This document shows, in pieces, positions 18,717 to 28,564 of a stretch of 64,000 bases of DNA. The stretch is from IMG/VR virus record IMGVR_UViG_3300025626_002025; one strand, given 5' to 3'. This DNA is from a virus. The position numbers and the translations under genes are program-made. The notes beneath the pieces are model-generated. The model searched no databases, was not told the DNA's origin, and saw nothing but the letters and a program-made list of their open reading frames with translations. Position 1 is the first letter of the stretch, and each line of letters starts with the position of its first letter.

Positions 18717-20728
18717 TATACTACTCTCCCTTTTAAATCTTTATTTGGAAACTTAACCTCAAATACAGAAGGGTCTACTGATGGATACACCATTTTACCC
18801 TTTGTTGCTGCTTGTATATCATATGAATGTTCTGAGTATTTTCCTAAACACTTATTAGTAACTTCACATTTTGGTACAGATTGTACTCCCTCAATACTTG
18901 CTAGTAAAATTTCTATTGCAGATATATTAATTGGCATATTAAACGTCCAATTATCTATATTAAAATATTGCTTTAATTCTGATATACATTTTGCAAGTAC
19001 TTCTCTTTTATTATATCCACCATAAACTCTTATTTCAAAATCAAGTCCTATGTTTATAACATACCCATCAATAATATTAATTCCATCTGTTAACATTCTA
19101 TATTCTCCAATATATGTTTTCAGATTTTCTTTAACTGCTCTATTCAATATAGATAAATTTTTATCTGAGTTATATCCAAGAATATATAAGTTAATTGCAA
19201 ATGGATTATTTTTTTCACCAGGACTACCCTTTTTACTTTTTAATAATCTTTTAACTTCTTCTCGTGTTTCTGCATCTGATAGGTTTTGGTCTTTAACCAT
19301 GTTAACCACACCCATTAGTTCTTCAATTGAATCAGTATCTTTTAATAATGAACCAGGTGAGTTATTATCCAATTGACCATCTGGTGAACAATATGCCTTT
19401 GCGATTCCACCATATTTAGGAGGCAATGCCAATGCTCTAACTTGATAATCTTTTCTTGTTACTGCTCTACCTTGTGAACCAAAGTTAGCTAATGCGTTTT
19501 CTCTAATCTCATCAATAGTTTCTTCACCCCTACCACCAGTTGCTGGAGTTTCATTATCAACTGCTACCGAAGCTTTCATTTTATTATATAAAGTAGATTC
19601 GTTTTGTGAAAATGTTTTTACATCATCATCGAATTCAATTCTTTTTATTGATGTTAGTTCTCCCTTAGAAACATTAGAAGATACACCGCCACCCACTAGA
19701 TAAGAAATTGTAAGAGTTGTATTTGAAGGTGCTTGTCCATAAGATGATGTTCTTAAGAAATTAGCAGGGTCAAACGTAGAACTCATTTTATCTATGGATG
19801 AATTTAATCCCAATCCAACATTTTTTGTACTTGGTATTAATACTTCATCATTTGTTGAATTACCACCACCAAATACTAGTGTAGTTGTATTATCTTGATT
19901 AATCTTAGTTACATATCTTTTTGAAGTTTTCAATACTTTTAATATATTTGATACAGAATCTTTAAATTGAGCCAAATCTTTATCAGTTTGCTCTGAAACT
20001 GGATAATCAACATATACCATTTCTTGTGCTAAGTATGGAACTTGATACCACTTACCACCATTTGCATCTCGTACATCAAATACATCAATTACATTTTTAT
20101 CTGCAAGATTTATTTTAGAAAATTGTTGAGGTGAACTAAATGTTTTAGTTACGGTTTTTAATGTAGCTGAAATTGCTTTTACATATTTTTTAATAAGGTA
20201 TTGTGTTGCTTCTCCAGCTGAATCAGTATAAACTGTAATTTCTCTATCGGTTGCATCATTAAAATCAACAAGTTCGGTTGTTCTAAACTGAACATTTGTT
20301 TTAGCTGCTTCTACAACCATACCTTCTCTTATTCTTAAGTAATAATCAGAATCTGGTCTGTTATCTTCTCCACTACCAATAGAAGGTGCTAATTGATACA
20401 CCGCAATTGTTACGATTGCAGGTGAAGTAACTTTTGGTTTATATCCCAAGTAGTTTGAAAGAGCAATTACATTTTGCTTATCTTCTGCATATAACATTAA
20501 TGATTCTTTCAATGAATCATCTGTATAGTATGACAATATATCTCCAAGATAAGATGCCATTTCTATGAACATCATACCAGGAGAAGATTCGTTAAAATCA
20601 GAATATGTTTTAGGAAAATAAGTTTTAGAGTATTCAATTAAGTTACTTCTAAAAGACGCAAAATCTTTACTTAGATATTTTATATCTCTTCCATTGTTAC
20701 TTTTAAAATTAGCTGAGTTTAATGCCAT
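18716..20728 (-). CDS. Baseplate wedge subunit (T4 gp6/baseplate J-like)
   Basis: KDFASFR...DFNESSPGMMFIE; ATGGRGEETIDEIR...QGRAVTRKDY. Confidence 0.88.
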   Translation of the reverse strand: MALNSANFKSNNGRDIKYLSKDFASFRSNLIEYSKTYFPKTYSDFNESSPGMMFIEMASYLGDILSYYTDDSLKESLMLYAEDKQNVIALSNYLGYKPKVTSPAIVTIAVYQLAPSIGSGEDNRPDSDYYLRIREGMVVEAAKTNVQFRTTELVDFNDATDREITVYTDSAGEATQYLIKKYVKAISATLKTVTKTFSSPQQFSKINLADKNVIDVFDVRDANGGKWYQVPYLAQEMVYVDYPVSEQTDKDLAQFKDSVSNILKVLKTSKRYVTKINQDNTTTLVFGGGNSTNDEVLIPSTKNVGLGLNSSIDKMSSTFDPANFLRTSSYGQAPSNTTLTISYLVGGGVSSNVSKGELTSIKRIEFDDDVKTFSQNESTLYNKMKASVAVDNETPATGGRGEETIDEIRENALANFGSQGRAVTRKDYQVRALALPPKYGGIAKAYCSPDGQLDNNSPGSLLKDTDSIEELMGVVNMVKDQNLSDAETREEVKRLLKSKKGSPGEKNNPFAINLYILGYNSDKNLSILNRAVKENLKTYIGEYRMLTDGINIIDGYVINIGLDFEIRVYGGYNKREVLAKCISELKQYFNIDNWTFNMPINISAIEILLASIEGVQSVPKCEVTNKCLGKYSEHSYDIQAATKGKMVYPSVDPSVFEVKFPNKDLKGRVV

Positions 20729-20732
20729 AATA

Positions 20733-21167
20733 TTATTCCTGTACTACCAATGTTATTTCTTGTAAATCAATATCGTTTCCAACTGTAAATTGTAAATTTA
20801 AATTTACTTGATTTTTATCTTTTAATTCACTTGCCATATCTACATCAATTGCTTCTATTCTAATGTAAGGTAACCAATACTCTACACTTTTTAAAATAGT
20901 TTGTTGGATGTTTTTTTTAAATTCAGTATCATCCATTTGTTCGAATAATAATGACCTTAGTCCTGAACCAAAGTCTGGCTGCATTATTCTTTCACCCTTT
21001 GCAGTTAATAACAAATTTTTAAGATTAGCTTTTGCTTGCTCAAGTGATGTAAATGCTTGTGAAAAAAATCCTGTATTACCACCTTGTATTGGTAGTGTAA
21101 TTCCATATGCATAAGAATCAAATTCTTCGGAATCTTTAAGTGTTTTTTTACCAAGTATAAATGCCAT
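20733..21167 (-). CDS. Baseplate wedge subunit gp25 / GPW family
   Basis: NLKNLLLTAKGERIMQPDFGSGLRSLLFE. Confidence 0.9.
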   Translation of the reverse strand: MAFILGKKTLKDSEEFDSYAYGITLPIQGGNTGFFSQAFTSLEQAKANLKNLLLTAKGERIMQPDFGSGLRSLLFEQMDDTEFKKNIQQTILKSVEYWLPYIRIEAIDVDMASELKDKNQVNLNLQFTVGNDIDLQEITLVVQE

Positions 21168-21184
21168 TACTCACTCCCCTTATC

Positions 21185-21772
21185 TTATTTTTTAAATTTC
21201 TTAACCAATGCAGAATTATCTCTGTTTAGTATTTTATCAAGACCGGCTAAACCTGTCTTAACTCCAAGACCATTTTTACTTGGTCCTCGTGATACATCTC
21301 CATACCCCATTTTTTGTGCCATCTGTGTTCTCATTCCCTCAACTCCAGCTCCTGCTCCTTGAGATGTAAATGATACGGTTTTATCCATACTCTCTTGAAT
21401 TGGTTCTTGTTGTGGTAGAGTATCTAATACTGATTTGCCTCCACCGGGTGTTCCTCCACTTGCTCTTTGTGCTTTTGTAAAGGGAGTTGTCATATTTAAA
21501 ACCTCGTTTATAGATTTGTTTTTAGAATATGTTTTCGTTGGTGTTGCTCGTTCTTGTTCTAACGCAAGTTCTACTTGTTGGAAAGGGTCTATCTCTTCAC
21601 TAACGACTTGCGTTGAGGGAACGGCTACACCCCCCTTCACCTCTGCTAATCTTCTACTTACTTCCTCTTCCAATATCTTTGGAAAAGTTTTCGATAAAAA
21701 ACGTTCTTGTTGTTTGGCAGTTTCTACCTCAACAAGAGTTCTTATTACTTTTATTAATTGTTTGTTGTTCAT
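21185..21772 (-). CDS. Hypothetical protein
   Basis: 195-aa ORF with late motif at 21793-21800. Confidence 0.6.
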   Translation of the reverse strand: MNNKQLIKVIRTLVEVETAKQQERFLSKTFPKILEEEVSRRLAEVKGGVAVPSTQVVSEEIDPFQQVELALEQERATPTKTYSKNKSINEVLNMTTPFTKAQRASGGTPGGGKSVLDTLPQQEPIQESMDKTVSFTSQGAGAGVEGMRTQMAQKMGYGDVSRGPSKNGLGVKTGLAGLDKILNRDNSALVKKFKK

Positions 21773-21792
21773 TTTGATTCTGTTTATCTTAA

Positions 21793-21800
21793 TATAAATA
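21793..21800 (-). promoter_or_regulatory. Putative late promoter TATTTATA
   Basis: Recurrent motif upstream of ATG 21772. Confidence 0.6.
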
Positions 21801-21823
21801 TATTACTATTAATTTTATGGTTA

Positions 21824-22387
21824 TTAACCTGGTACTAAGTATGCTGGATGTATCAAAACACCAGGTGCTACGGGTGGTGGTGCACCAGGATAAATGGATA
21901 TTGTTGAATACATAAATACGGTTGTTGTTAGATGGGTTTGCATACCAGCTGCAAGTAGTGATAAAAAAGTACTTGTTTCATTGGTATTTGATAAAGGACC
22001 GATTGGAGACCAAGCACCTGGATTCATACACACCGCTGCAGTTGTTGTTATGTTTTGAATTGCTCCAGTTGCTGGTATTATAGGAGGAATTCCAACTGTA
22101 AGTGTAGCACCTGTCCAAAACGCAACTACTCCCTTACCAATATCATCTGCAAATGTATGTAATCCATCACTTTTTGATAAAGCAGTTGCACACGCTATAG
22201 CTACCAACGCTTCCATTCCTGCAGTATTTCCCGCAGATAATGGAATCATGTTTGTATCTTGAAACCCTCTCAAAATACACATATTATATTCTTGAGTAAT
22301 CTTTTTAGCAAAATCAGAAAATGCACCTATACCACCTTGGTTGGTCATATAGTTTTCCATATTTGCTTTAAATGTATTGAATGACAT
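21824..22387 (-). CDS. Hypothetical, probably spike-associated structural protein
   Basis: Ala/Gly/Pro-rich; directly follows the gp5-like gene. Confidence 0.5.
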   Translation of the reverse strand: MSFNTFKANMENYMTNQGGIGAFSDFAKKITQEYNMCILRGFQDTNMIPLSAGNTAGMEALVAIACATALSKSDGLHTFADDIGKGVVAFWTGATLTVGIPPIIPATGAIQNITTTAAVCMNPGAWSPIGPLSNTNETSTFLSLLAAGMQTHLTTTVFMYSTISIYPGAPPPVAPGVLIHPAYLVPG

Positions 22388-22391
22388 ATTA

Positions 22392-23624
22392 TTACTCCGT
22401 ATAATTTAAAGTAGATAAAAATGTATTCAATTTTGATTTAATCTGATTAAAGGTAGGTTTGTTAGTTGGACCAGGTGCAGTTGGACCACATGGAGTTTGA
22501 AATACTTGTACATTTATGGCATCAATTAACTCTTCCATTAATCCAAGTAGAGTTTCACCTCTTACCAAAGGTTCTGTTGTTTCTTCGGTATTTAAATATA
22601 TTTCACCACTACCACCTAAAAAATACATATTATTATCATTAGTAGTTGTTCTATATTCTCCATTTAAATCTATTTCAGCACCATCTAATCCATTATCGAT
22701 TGTAAGCTTACCATCAGAAATAAATGAATAATCCCCTTTAGAAAAGAATATCATTTCTGAATCTTTAGAAGATAGTATTATTCTACCACTATTAATTAAA
22801 ATTTGGTCTGTTGCCTTTAGTTCTTCAGGTGGGGTATGATATATAGGTTCAGTTTCAAATGGAACATCAGCAGTACCAGGAGTAAATGCTAACTCATAAT
22901 CTCCACTAGTTATAGCGATAGTAGAACCATCTTCTACAACATCCTCTTCTGTTATTTCAAACTCTTTTAAATCTTCAATAGATTTATCATTTTGCCTATT
23001 TCTTATTAGTATAGTTGGAGCAAAAACATTTTCTTCATTGTTATATCCACTAAAACGAATTGATTGTCCAAATCTCGATTGTATTACCTTATCACCTTCA
23101 TAATATACAAGTGGATTGATTTGTGTTGGTTCAAAATATTCTCCAAGTTTATTACTTCTATCACCATCACCTCCTGAGTTTGGAGTTCCTGTTTGAGATG
23201 TTTCTGAATATCCGGATGAATTTGAATCTGAGTTTTCTACTGGCAATCCTTGTAGTTGTGCATCCTCAACTGCATTACCTGCATTGATATCTATATTATG
23301 AATTCTTTTGTAATGTGAATTACCACCCACTTTAATTAATTCAACTACCTCACCAAGTAATGGAAGTCCTTCATCAATATTAAATGGTGGGTAATCATTT
23401 AAATCATCGAAATCATATGAAGTATCTCCCTTTTCAACAATTTTAGCAAATCCAAGTACTGAATCTAAATCCGATACATCTGAAGTTATATCATCTGGTA
23501 TTGTTATTGATTCAAACTCTGTATCATTAATATGAACATATACTACGGTACCTGTAACTAACTTTTGTTTATTATTTTGATTGTTAGTTAAAAAACTAGA
23601 ATTAGATTTTTGTATTCTTTGCAT
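22392..23624 (-). CDS. Baseplate hub/spike protein (gp5/gpV-like)
   Basis: PLLGEVV OB-fold-like motif, YEGD...SRFGQSIRF, beta-repeat region, EPLVRGETL; next to gp25/gp6. Confidence 0.6.
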   Translation of the reverse strand: MQRIQKSNSSFLTNNQNNKQKLVTGTVVYVHINDTEFESITIPDDITSDVSDLDSVLGFAKIVEKGDTSYDFDDLNDYPPFNIDEGLPLLGEVVELIKVGGNSHYKRIHNIDINAGNAVEDAQLQGLPVENSDSNSSGYSETSQTGTPNSGGDGDRSNKLGEYFEPTQINPLVYYEGDKVIQSRFGQSIRFSGYNNEENVFAPTILIRNRQNDKSIEDLKEFEITEEDVVEDGSTIAITSGDYELAFTPGTADVPFETEPIYHTPPEELKATDQILINSGRIILSSKDSEMIFFSKGDYSFISDGKLTIDNGLDGAEIDLNGEYRTTTNDNNMYFLGGSGEIYLNTEETTEPLVRGETLLGLMEELIDAINVQVFQTPCGPTAPGPTNKPTFNQIKSKLNTFLSTLNYTE

Positions 23625-24034
23625 TACTCTCCAACCTTTTGTTTAAGTTCTTCTATTTCGTTAGTAAGTTCATCAACCTTAACATCTTGTTCATCTGCTA
23701 CTTGTAAAATAGTTTCATCTAATTGTCTTAGTAGTTGTTCTTTTTCAATATCAGAAAGAAAACCAGTATCTCCTTCTGATTTTTGTGCTGCACCTATAAT
23801 TCTTTGTGCAATTGCACTCATCTTAATTAATGATTCATCGTTTCTGATTGATGAATCAATTAAGTCTTTTAGGATTGGTCCTATTACTGCCATATCCCCA
23901 GCATGTCTGATTACATTTCTCATTTCTGAAATCAGTTCTGATATTCTTTGTTTCTTGTTTTGTTGATTATCATAGATATCTTTAAACAATCCACTAAGGT
24001 TTTTTCCAGGAAATAATTCAAATTCTATACTCAT
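23624..24034 (-). CDS. Hypothetical protein
   Basis: 136-aa helical ORF with late motif at 24056-24063. Confidence 0.6.
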   Translation of the reverse strand: MSIEFELFPGKNLSGLFKDIYDNQQNKKQRISELISEMRNVIRHAGDMAVIGPILKDLIDSSIRNDESLIKMSAIAQRIIGAAQKSEGDTGFLSDIEKEQLLRQLDETILQVADEQDVKVDELTNEIEELKQKVGE

Positions 24035-24055
24035 GATTATACCATATTAGTTGTA

Positions 24056-24063
24056 TATAAATA
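24056..24063 (-). promoter_or_regulatory. Putative late promoter TATTTATA
   Basis: Recurrent motif upstream of ATG 24034. Confidence 0.6.
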
Positions 24064-24072
24064 TAGTAAACG

Positions 24073-24100
24073 AAAAAACCCCACTTTTAGTGTGAGGTTT
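24073..24100 (-). terminator. Probable terminator after the small membrane protein gene
   Basis: Imperfect AAACCTCAC/GTGGGGTTT stem with U-tract. Confidence 0.55.
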
Positions 24101-24135
24101 AATCTTAAACGCGTTATTAGAATTACTTCTAATCC

Positions 24136-24366
24136 TTACTTCTTAATAATGTGGTACAGTACAAAAGCCCCTACAAGTCCTAACAGACCTTCAGCACTTA
24201 AACTTCCTAGAATGCCCATAATGTTATCAACTACTGATACTTCTGGCCAAAAAGGGATGTTTGTACCTTTGAAGAGTACTTCAAGTACAACTCCCAAGGC
24301 AATGATGCTAATACCAATTTTTGTTAATTCTTCAGCCCAAGAGCCTATTTTTTTCAAAAATTCCAT
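24136..24366 (-). CDS. Small two-TM membrane protein
   Basis: Two hydrophobic helices; strong AAGGAG upstream. Confidence 0.75.
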   Translation of the reverse strand: MEFLKKIGSWAEELTKIGISIIALGVVLEVLFKGTNIPFWPEVSVVDNIMGILGSLSAEGLLGLVGAFVLYHIIKK

Positions 24367-24525
24367 ATTGTTCTCCTTTTGTTTTAATTAAATATGAATA
24401 ACTTTTCCATCTTGCAAAACTAAGGGATATCCGTTAATAACTATGGTATATATGATAAAAAAAATTACAATATATATTCAACCTTCAATTAAATAAGTGT
24501 ATTATGGGTTTATATATTTATGTAT

Positions 24526-24552
24526 AAAAAAACCCCACCGATTGGAGGGGTA
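24526..24552 (-). terminator. Rho-independent terminator
   Basis: ACCCC.CC/GG.GGGGT stem followed by U7 on the minus strand. Confidence 0.7.
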
Positions 24553-24649
24553 TTTTGTACTAACCACTTTATTATACGATTAGAGATTTCCGAGGTAATT
24601 TATAACTTAAAACAGTGTCCTCTATCTTTCAATAAGTATATTTTAATAA

Positions 24650-26350
24650 TTAAATAATTGTTTTTCTAATAATATAATTTCCAAGTACAAGAGTGTCCAT
24701 TTCACAATCAAGGAATGTTTTTATTGCATCTTCTGGTGTTAGAACCATTGTTTGGTCTTTTAAATTGAAAGAGGTATTGATAACAATTGGATACTCATTA
24801 TCTATTTCAAGTTGAGTTAATAAAGAGTATATTCTTGGATTATCTTTAGAATCTAAACTCTGTATTCTTGCAGAATTATCAATGTGTGTTATAGCAGGAA
24901 GTTTATCAACGAATTCTTTCTTAACCTTTACTACTTGATTCATATATGGAACTAATCTATTATATTTAAAATATTTAACCTGTTTTTCTCTATGTACAAT
25001 AGGAGCAAATGGTCTAAACCCTTCTCTTTTTTTAATCATCATATTTAAACGAGATTTCATTTGAGGGTCTCTTGGATTTGCTAATATAGAACGATTACCT
25101 AGTGCTCTTGCACCAAACTCCATTCTACCCTCAAACCAACCAATTATATTTCCATCAGTAATTTCTTTAGATATAATTTTTATTATTTGAGAATTAACTA
25201 CATATTCTCCATAGATATATTTCTTAAATTTATCAATAGTAGATTTTATAGATTCCTTTGAATACTCTGGACCTAAATATGGATTGGTGTTTATCTTTCT
25301 CAATGATACATTATTATCATAGTAATAATGCAAAGCACATCCAATTGATGAACCAGAATCAGATGGTGCAGGTGGTATCCATAAATTATTATAAGAAGTT
25401 TTTTCTAATATCTTTCCATTTGCAGTTCCATTATACGCACAACCTCCACTTAAACATAAGTTACGAGATGATGATAACGAAAAAGCTTTTTCCAATAAAT
25501 TAAAAAAATATTTTTCATATATAGCTTGTACAGATGCCGCTAAATCTTTATGGTCTTGTGTAAGTGGTTCTTCTGGTAATCTGTTTGGTAGTTCAAGTAA
25601 CATTCCAAGTTTTTCATTAAACATATGTGTATCTGAATATTCATATGTAAATAAATCCATGTTTAATTTAAAGTTACCCCCTTTACCTGATATAATTGAA
25701 TCGAATTTATCTATATACCTAGATGAATCACCATACGGTGCCAATCCCATCATTTTATATTCCCCTTCATTTGGTTTAAATCCCAAGAATGCAGTAAATG
25801 CAGAATAGAACATTCCAAGTGAATGTGGAAATTTTATTGAATCTAATTTTTTAAGTTTGTTTTTTGTTCCCTCATATATTGTAGTTGTTTCCCATTCACC
25901 AACCCCATCAACTGAAACTATAATAGCGTTATTGTATGGAGAAGTATAATATGAATACGCTGCATGAGATAGGTGATGTTCGGTAAACACAACATTTGTT
26001 TTACTACCAGTATAAGAATCAATATCTAACATTAATTCTTTATATGCAGTTTTGTTATTAATAATAATACTTTTTCTGTTAAAGTATTTTAATACTCCAC
26101 CTTTTTTTGTAGAGGTTTCTATTCTATCTAATTTTTCAAAAGGAGCTTCATAGAAACAAATAGAATCTAAATCTTCTTTGGTTATAGAATACTTTTTAAA
26201 TAACCAATCAATCGTATTATGTGGAAATGAAGAATCGTGTTTTATACCTGTGAATCTTTCTTCTTCACACGCTCCTAACACTATACCATCTTTTATTAAA
26301 GATGCCGCTGAGTCATGATATCCACAACTAATTCCTAATATATAACTCAT
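24650..26350 (-). CDS. Carbamoyltransferase (NodU/CmcH/TobZ family)
   Basis: HDSAA, EEERF, EHHLSHA, DGVGE, EYKMMGLAPYG, EFGARALGNRS, KKREGFRPFAP, NTSFN. Confidence 0.95.
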   Translation of the reverse strand: MSYILGISCGYHDSAASLIKDGIVLGACEEERFTGIKHDSSFPHNTIDWLFKKYSITKEDLDSICFYEAPFEKLDRIETSTKKGGVLKYFNRKSIIINNKTAYKELMLDIDSYTGSKTNVVFTEHHLSHAAYSYYTSPYNNAIIVSVDGVGEWETTTIYEGTKNKLKKLDSIKFPHSLGMFYSAFTAFLGFKPNEGEYKMMGLAPYGDSSRYIDKFDSIISGKGGNFKLNMDLFTYEYSDTHMFNEKLGMLLELPNRLPEEPLTQDHKDLAASVQAIYEKYFFNLLEKAFSLSSSRNLCLSGGCAYNGTANGKILEKTSYNNLWIPPAPSDSGSSIGCALHYYYDNNVSLRKINTNPYLGPEYSKESIKSTIDKFKKYIYGEYVVNSQIIKIISKEITDGNIIGWFEGRMEFGARALGNRSILANPRDPQMKSRLNMMIKKREGFRPFAPIVHREKQVKYFKYNRLVPYMNQVVKVKKEFVDKLPAITHIDNSARIQSLDSKDNPRIYSLLTQLEIDNEYPIVINTSFNLKDQTMVLTPEDAIKTFLDCEMDTLVLGNYIIRKTII

Positions 26351-26362
26351 TAATATTTTTTA

Positions 26363-27115
26363 TTATAAGTAATCAGTATCTATAAAATCATTATTCTTTT
26401 CTACACCAAACTTTTCTTTTTCTGTTCTGAAATCCCCATGTTCAAGATAATCATTTAACATTCTCTTTTGATGTATTTTCATTACATTGACAACTTTAGT
26501 AATGTAGTGAGTTTTACAATCAGTCATTTCTCTGATTAACAGATATAAATGTTTTTTATTAAAGTTTTCAATATGCTCACTTCTTCTAAATAATTCTAAT
26601 ACAGCATCTGCTATTTGTAAATCTCTTTTCTTTGTAAAGATTGAGTTTAAATTACTATCCCAAAATTCTAACATCAATTGTTTAAAATCTTTGAATTCAT
26701 TATTTTCTTCAACTTCATTAAAATCATTTTCAGGATTCCATGTTTCGGGCATCTGTGAAAGGAGATTGTTTTGTTTCCATCTTTTGTAGTTACCATTATT
26801 TTTTAAAATTAAATGGTTCTTTGCTATAATTGTAAAGTAAGAAAATGCTCTACCTTTACCAGGTTTGAACATATGCATTTTTTCTACCATTGTAGATACT
26901 ACTTCTGTTTGGATATCTTTTTTTGGTACATCGAAATAAGAAAACTTGAATGTATTAAGAACATTTTCTGCAAGTTTTTCGAATGGGTATTTGATTCCTT
27001 CTTCATATATCTGAGACCTTTCTTCAAAATTATCACTTGCATTATATTTTATTATTGCTTCCTGTGCAGGTGTACCAAAATAAATTTTGGATTTTTTTCT
27101 CCTTTTTTTCGCCAT
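26363..27115 (-). CDS. Phage RNA polymerase sigma factor (gp55-like, region 2)
   Basis: DIQTEVV...FKPGKGRAFSYFTIIAKN sigma region 2 motif. Confidence 0.7.
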   Translation of the reverse strand: MAKKRRKKSKIYFGTPAQEAIIKYNASDNFEERSQIYEEGIKYPFEKLAENVLNTFKFSYFDVPKKDIQTEVVSTMVEKMHMFKPGKGRAFSYFTIIAKNHLILKNNGNYKRWKQNNLLSQMPETWNPENDFNEVEENNEFKDFKQLMLEFWDSNLNSIFTKKRDLQIADAVLELFRRSEHIENFNKKHLYLLIREMTDCKTHYITKVVNVMKIHQKRMLNDYLEHGDFRTEKEKFGVEKNNDFIDTDYL

Positions 27116-27390
27116 TATATTTCGTTGTTTAACTCTTCTATTATTTTTTTTATTTCACTAAAGCTTATACCAACCTCATCATCTTTTTCAAATGCTTGTT
27201 TAGTATCTAGTTTTCTCATTGAAGTTAATGCATTTTCTACCTTATCTCTAGTTGAATAAATGGTATTTACTACCCTATCTTCTAATTGTTCGTTTTGTTT
27301 TAATAGGTTTCGAACTCCTATTAGTAGTACGATATTTATGACTACTGAAATTCCTATAACAATATTATAGGTAGTTAATAATTCTATCAT
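27115..27390 (-). CDS. Single-TM coiled-coil protein
   Basis: N-terminal hydrophobic helix; coupled to the lysin gene. Confidence 0.6.
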   Translation of the reverse strand: MIELLTTYNIVIGISVVINIVLLIGVRNLLKQNEQLEDRVVNTIYSTRDKVENALTSMRKLDTKQAFEKDDEVGISFSEIKKIIEELNNEI

Positions 27391-27995
27391 GAATTTGGTT
27401 TTAATTTAATTTCATAACCACTAAACTTATTCATATAAGAAGTGATTTTTGTTCCATTACCATCCTTAAAAACTTTTCCATTTTTAAAGTATCGTTTTAC
27501 AGAACCCTGTCCTCCAAGATGTGCAGCTGCCAATATACCACTTTCTGAGATGTACATACCATTAACAGTTTGTCCATCAAATACATCGATATACTTTTGA
27601 AGTTTTTCTTTGTTGTGTAGTAATAAAGCCATCATTGCTTCTTCTTGTAGTTGTGGGTTATTTAAGAATTCTTCTTTAGTTACTTTGAATCCTAATCCTT
27701 TTAAAGTACTTCTTCCAAATTGATACTTACCCATGTATCCCCACTTGTTTGTTATGTGATATCTATTACCACTTTCTCTGAATCCTAATGCATCTAAAAA
27801 GTTTTGTAACTCTTCTTCATGATGCAATTCTAGTAGGTATTTTTCTTCTTCAATTTTACAGAGTTCTTCTTCTCTTTCTTTTTGTAAATCAATTAATTCA
27901 GTTTGATTAGTTGATTTATCTTTAGTTACTGCGGAGTCAATTACTCCAAACGATAGTCCTGAAAGTACTAACGTAAATATTACTTGTCTTTTCAT
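27387..27995 (-). CDS. Lysozyme/transglycosylase-fold peptidoglycan hydrolase with N-terminal signal or anchor
   Basis: ALGFRESG, GYMGKYQF, ILAAAHLGG motifs. Confidence 0.75.
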   Translation of the reverse strand: MKRQVIFTLVLSGLSFGVIDSAVTKDKSTNQTELIDLQKEREEELCKIEEEKYLLELHHEEELQNFLDALGFRESGNRYHITNKWGYMGKYQFGRSTLKGLGFKVTKEEFLNNPQLQEEAMMALLLHNKEKLQKYIDVFDGQTVNGMYISESGILAAAHLGGQGSVKRYFKNGKVFKDGNGTKITSYMNKFSGYEIKLKPNS

Positions 27996-28027
27996 AAGGT
28001 CTCCCTTTAATTAAACATATTATTCTA

Positions 28028-28059
28028 CTAATATACGAAAAAAATTCCATATATCCAAA
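28028..28059 (-). promoter_or_regulatory. Bacteroidota-type promoter
   Basis: TTTGGATAT...CGTATATTAG. Confidence 0.6.
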
Positions 28060-28076
28060 TAAAATGTAATAAATTT

Positions 28077-28325
28077 TTAGGCTTCTCCATGTGGTCCAAA
28101 ATACATGGAGCTCATAACTGAATCATCTTCATCATCTGAGGTTGTTATCTCAATTGAATTTATTATATCTTGAATATCATCAAGGTTATCTTCAATCTTT
28201 GTTTGTAATTCTTTTTCTGTAACTAACTCGCTTTCAATCAAAATATTTATAAGTGTTTGTATAATCACATTTTGTGTTAACAACCTATCGTTAAGTTTTT
28301 TTATTTGTAATGACGTTGAGTTCAT
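28077..28325 (-). CDS. Hypothetical protein
   Basis: Operon-packed ORF. Confidence 0.55.
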   Translation of the reverse strand: MNSTSLQIKKLNDRLLTQNVIIQTLINILIESELVTEKELQTKIEDNLDDIQDIINSIEITTSDDEDDSVMSSMYFGPHGEA

Positions 28326-28551
28326 GTAGTAGTTCTTTTATAGTATTTGGATTTTCATCTCCGTAGATTAAATCCCCAAACGCCTTTGTTATTGATTTAT
28401 TACTATAACCGATTGTAGATGCAAGCCTAACACAAACTACTTTGAATTCGTGAATATCCATATCATCTGGTACATCTAATTCAATCTTGCTTACTTCTCT
28501 ATTATCTTCTATGTAGTCTTTATCTGTATATGTAAATATAAGTTTTCCCAT
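28291..28551 (-). CDS. Hypothetical protein
   Basis: Operon-packed ORF. Confidence 0.55.
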   Translation of the reverse strand: MGKLIFTYTDKDYIEDNREVSKIELDVPDDMDIHEFKVVCVRLASTIGYSNKSITKAFGDLIYGDENPNTIKELLHELNVITNKKT

Positions 28552-28564
28552 GTTTTAGTTTAAA

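Noticed and set aside
24553-24630. Twister-like ribozyme suggested by CACTG...AAAGTGG
   Set aside because: The remaining conserved core and pseudoknots could not be built by eye; kept only as a generic sRNA candidate.
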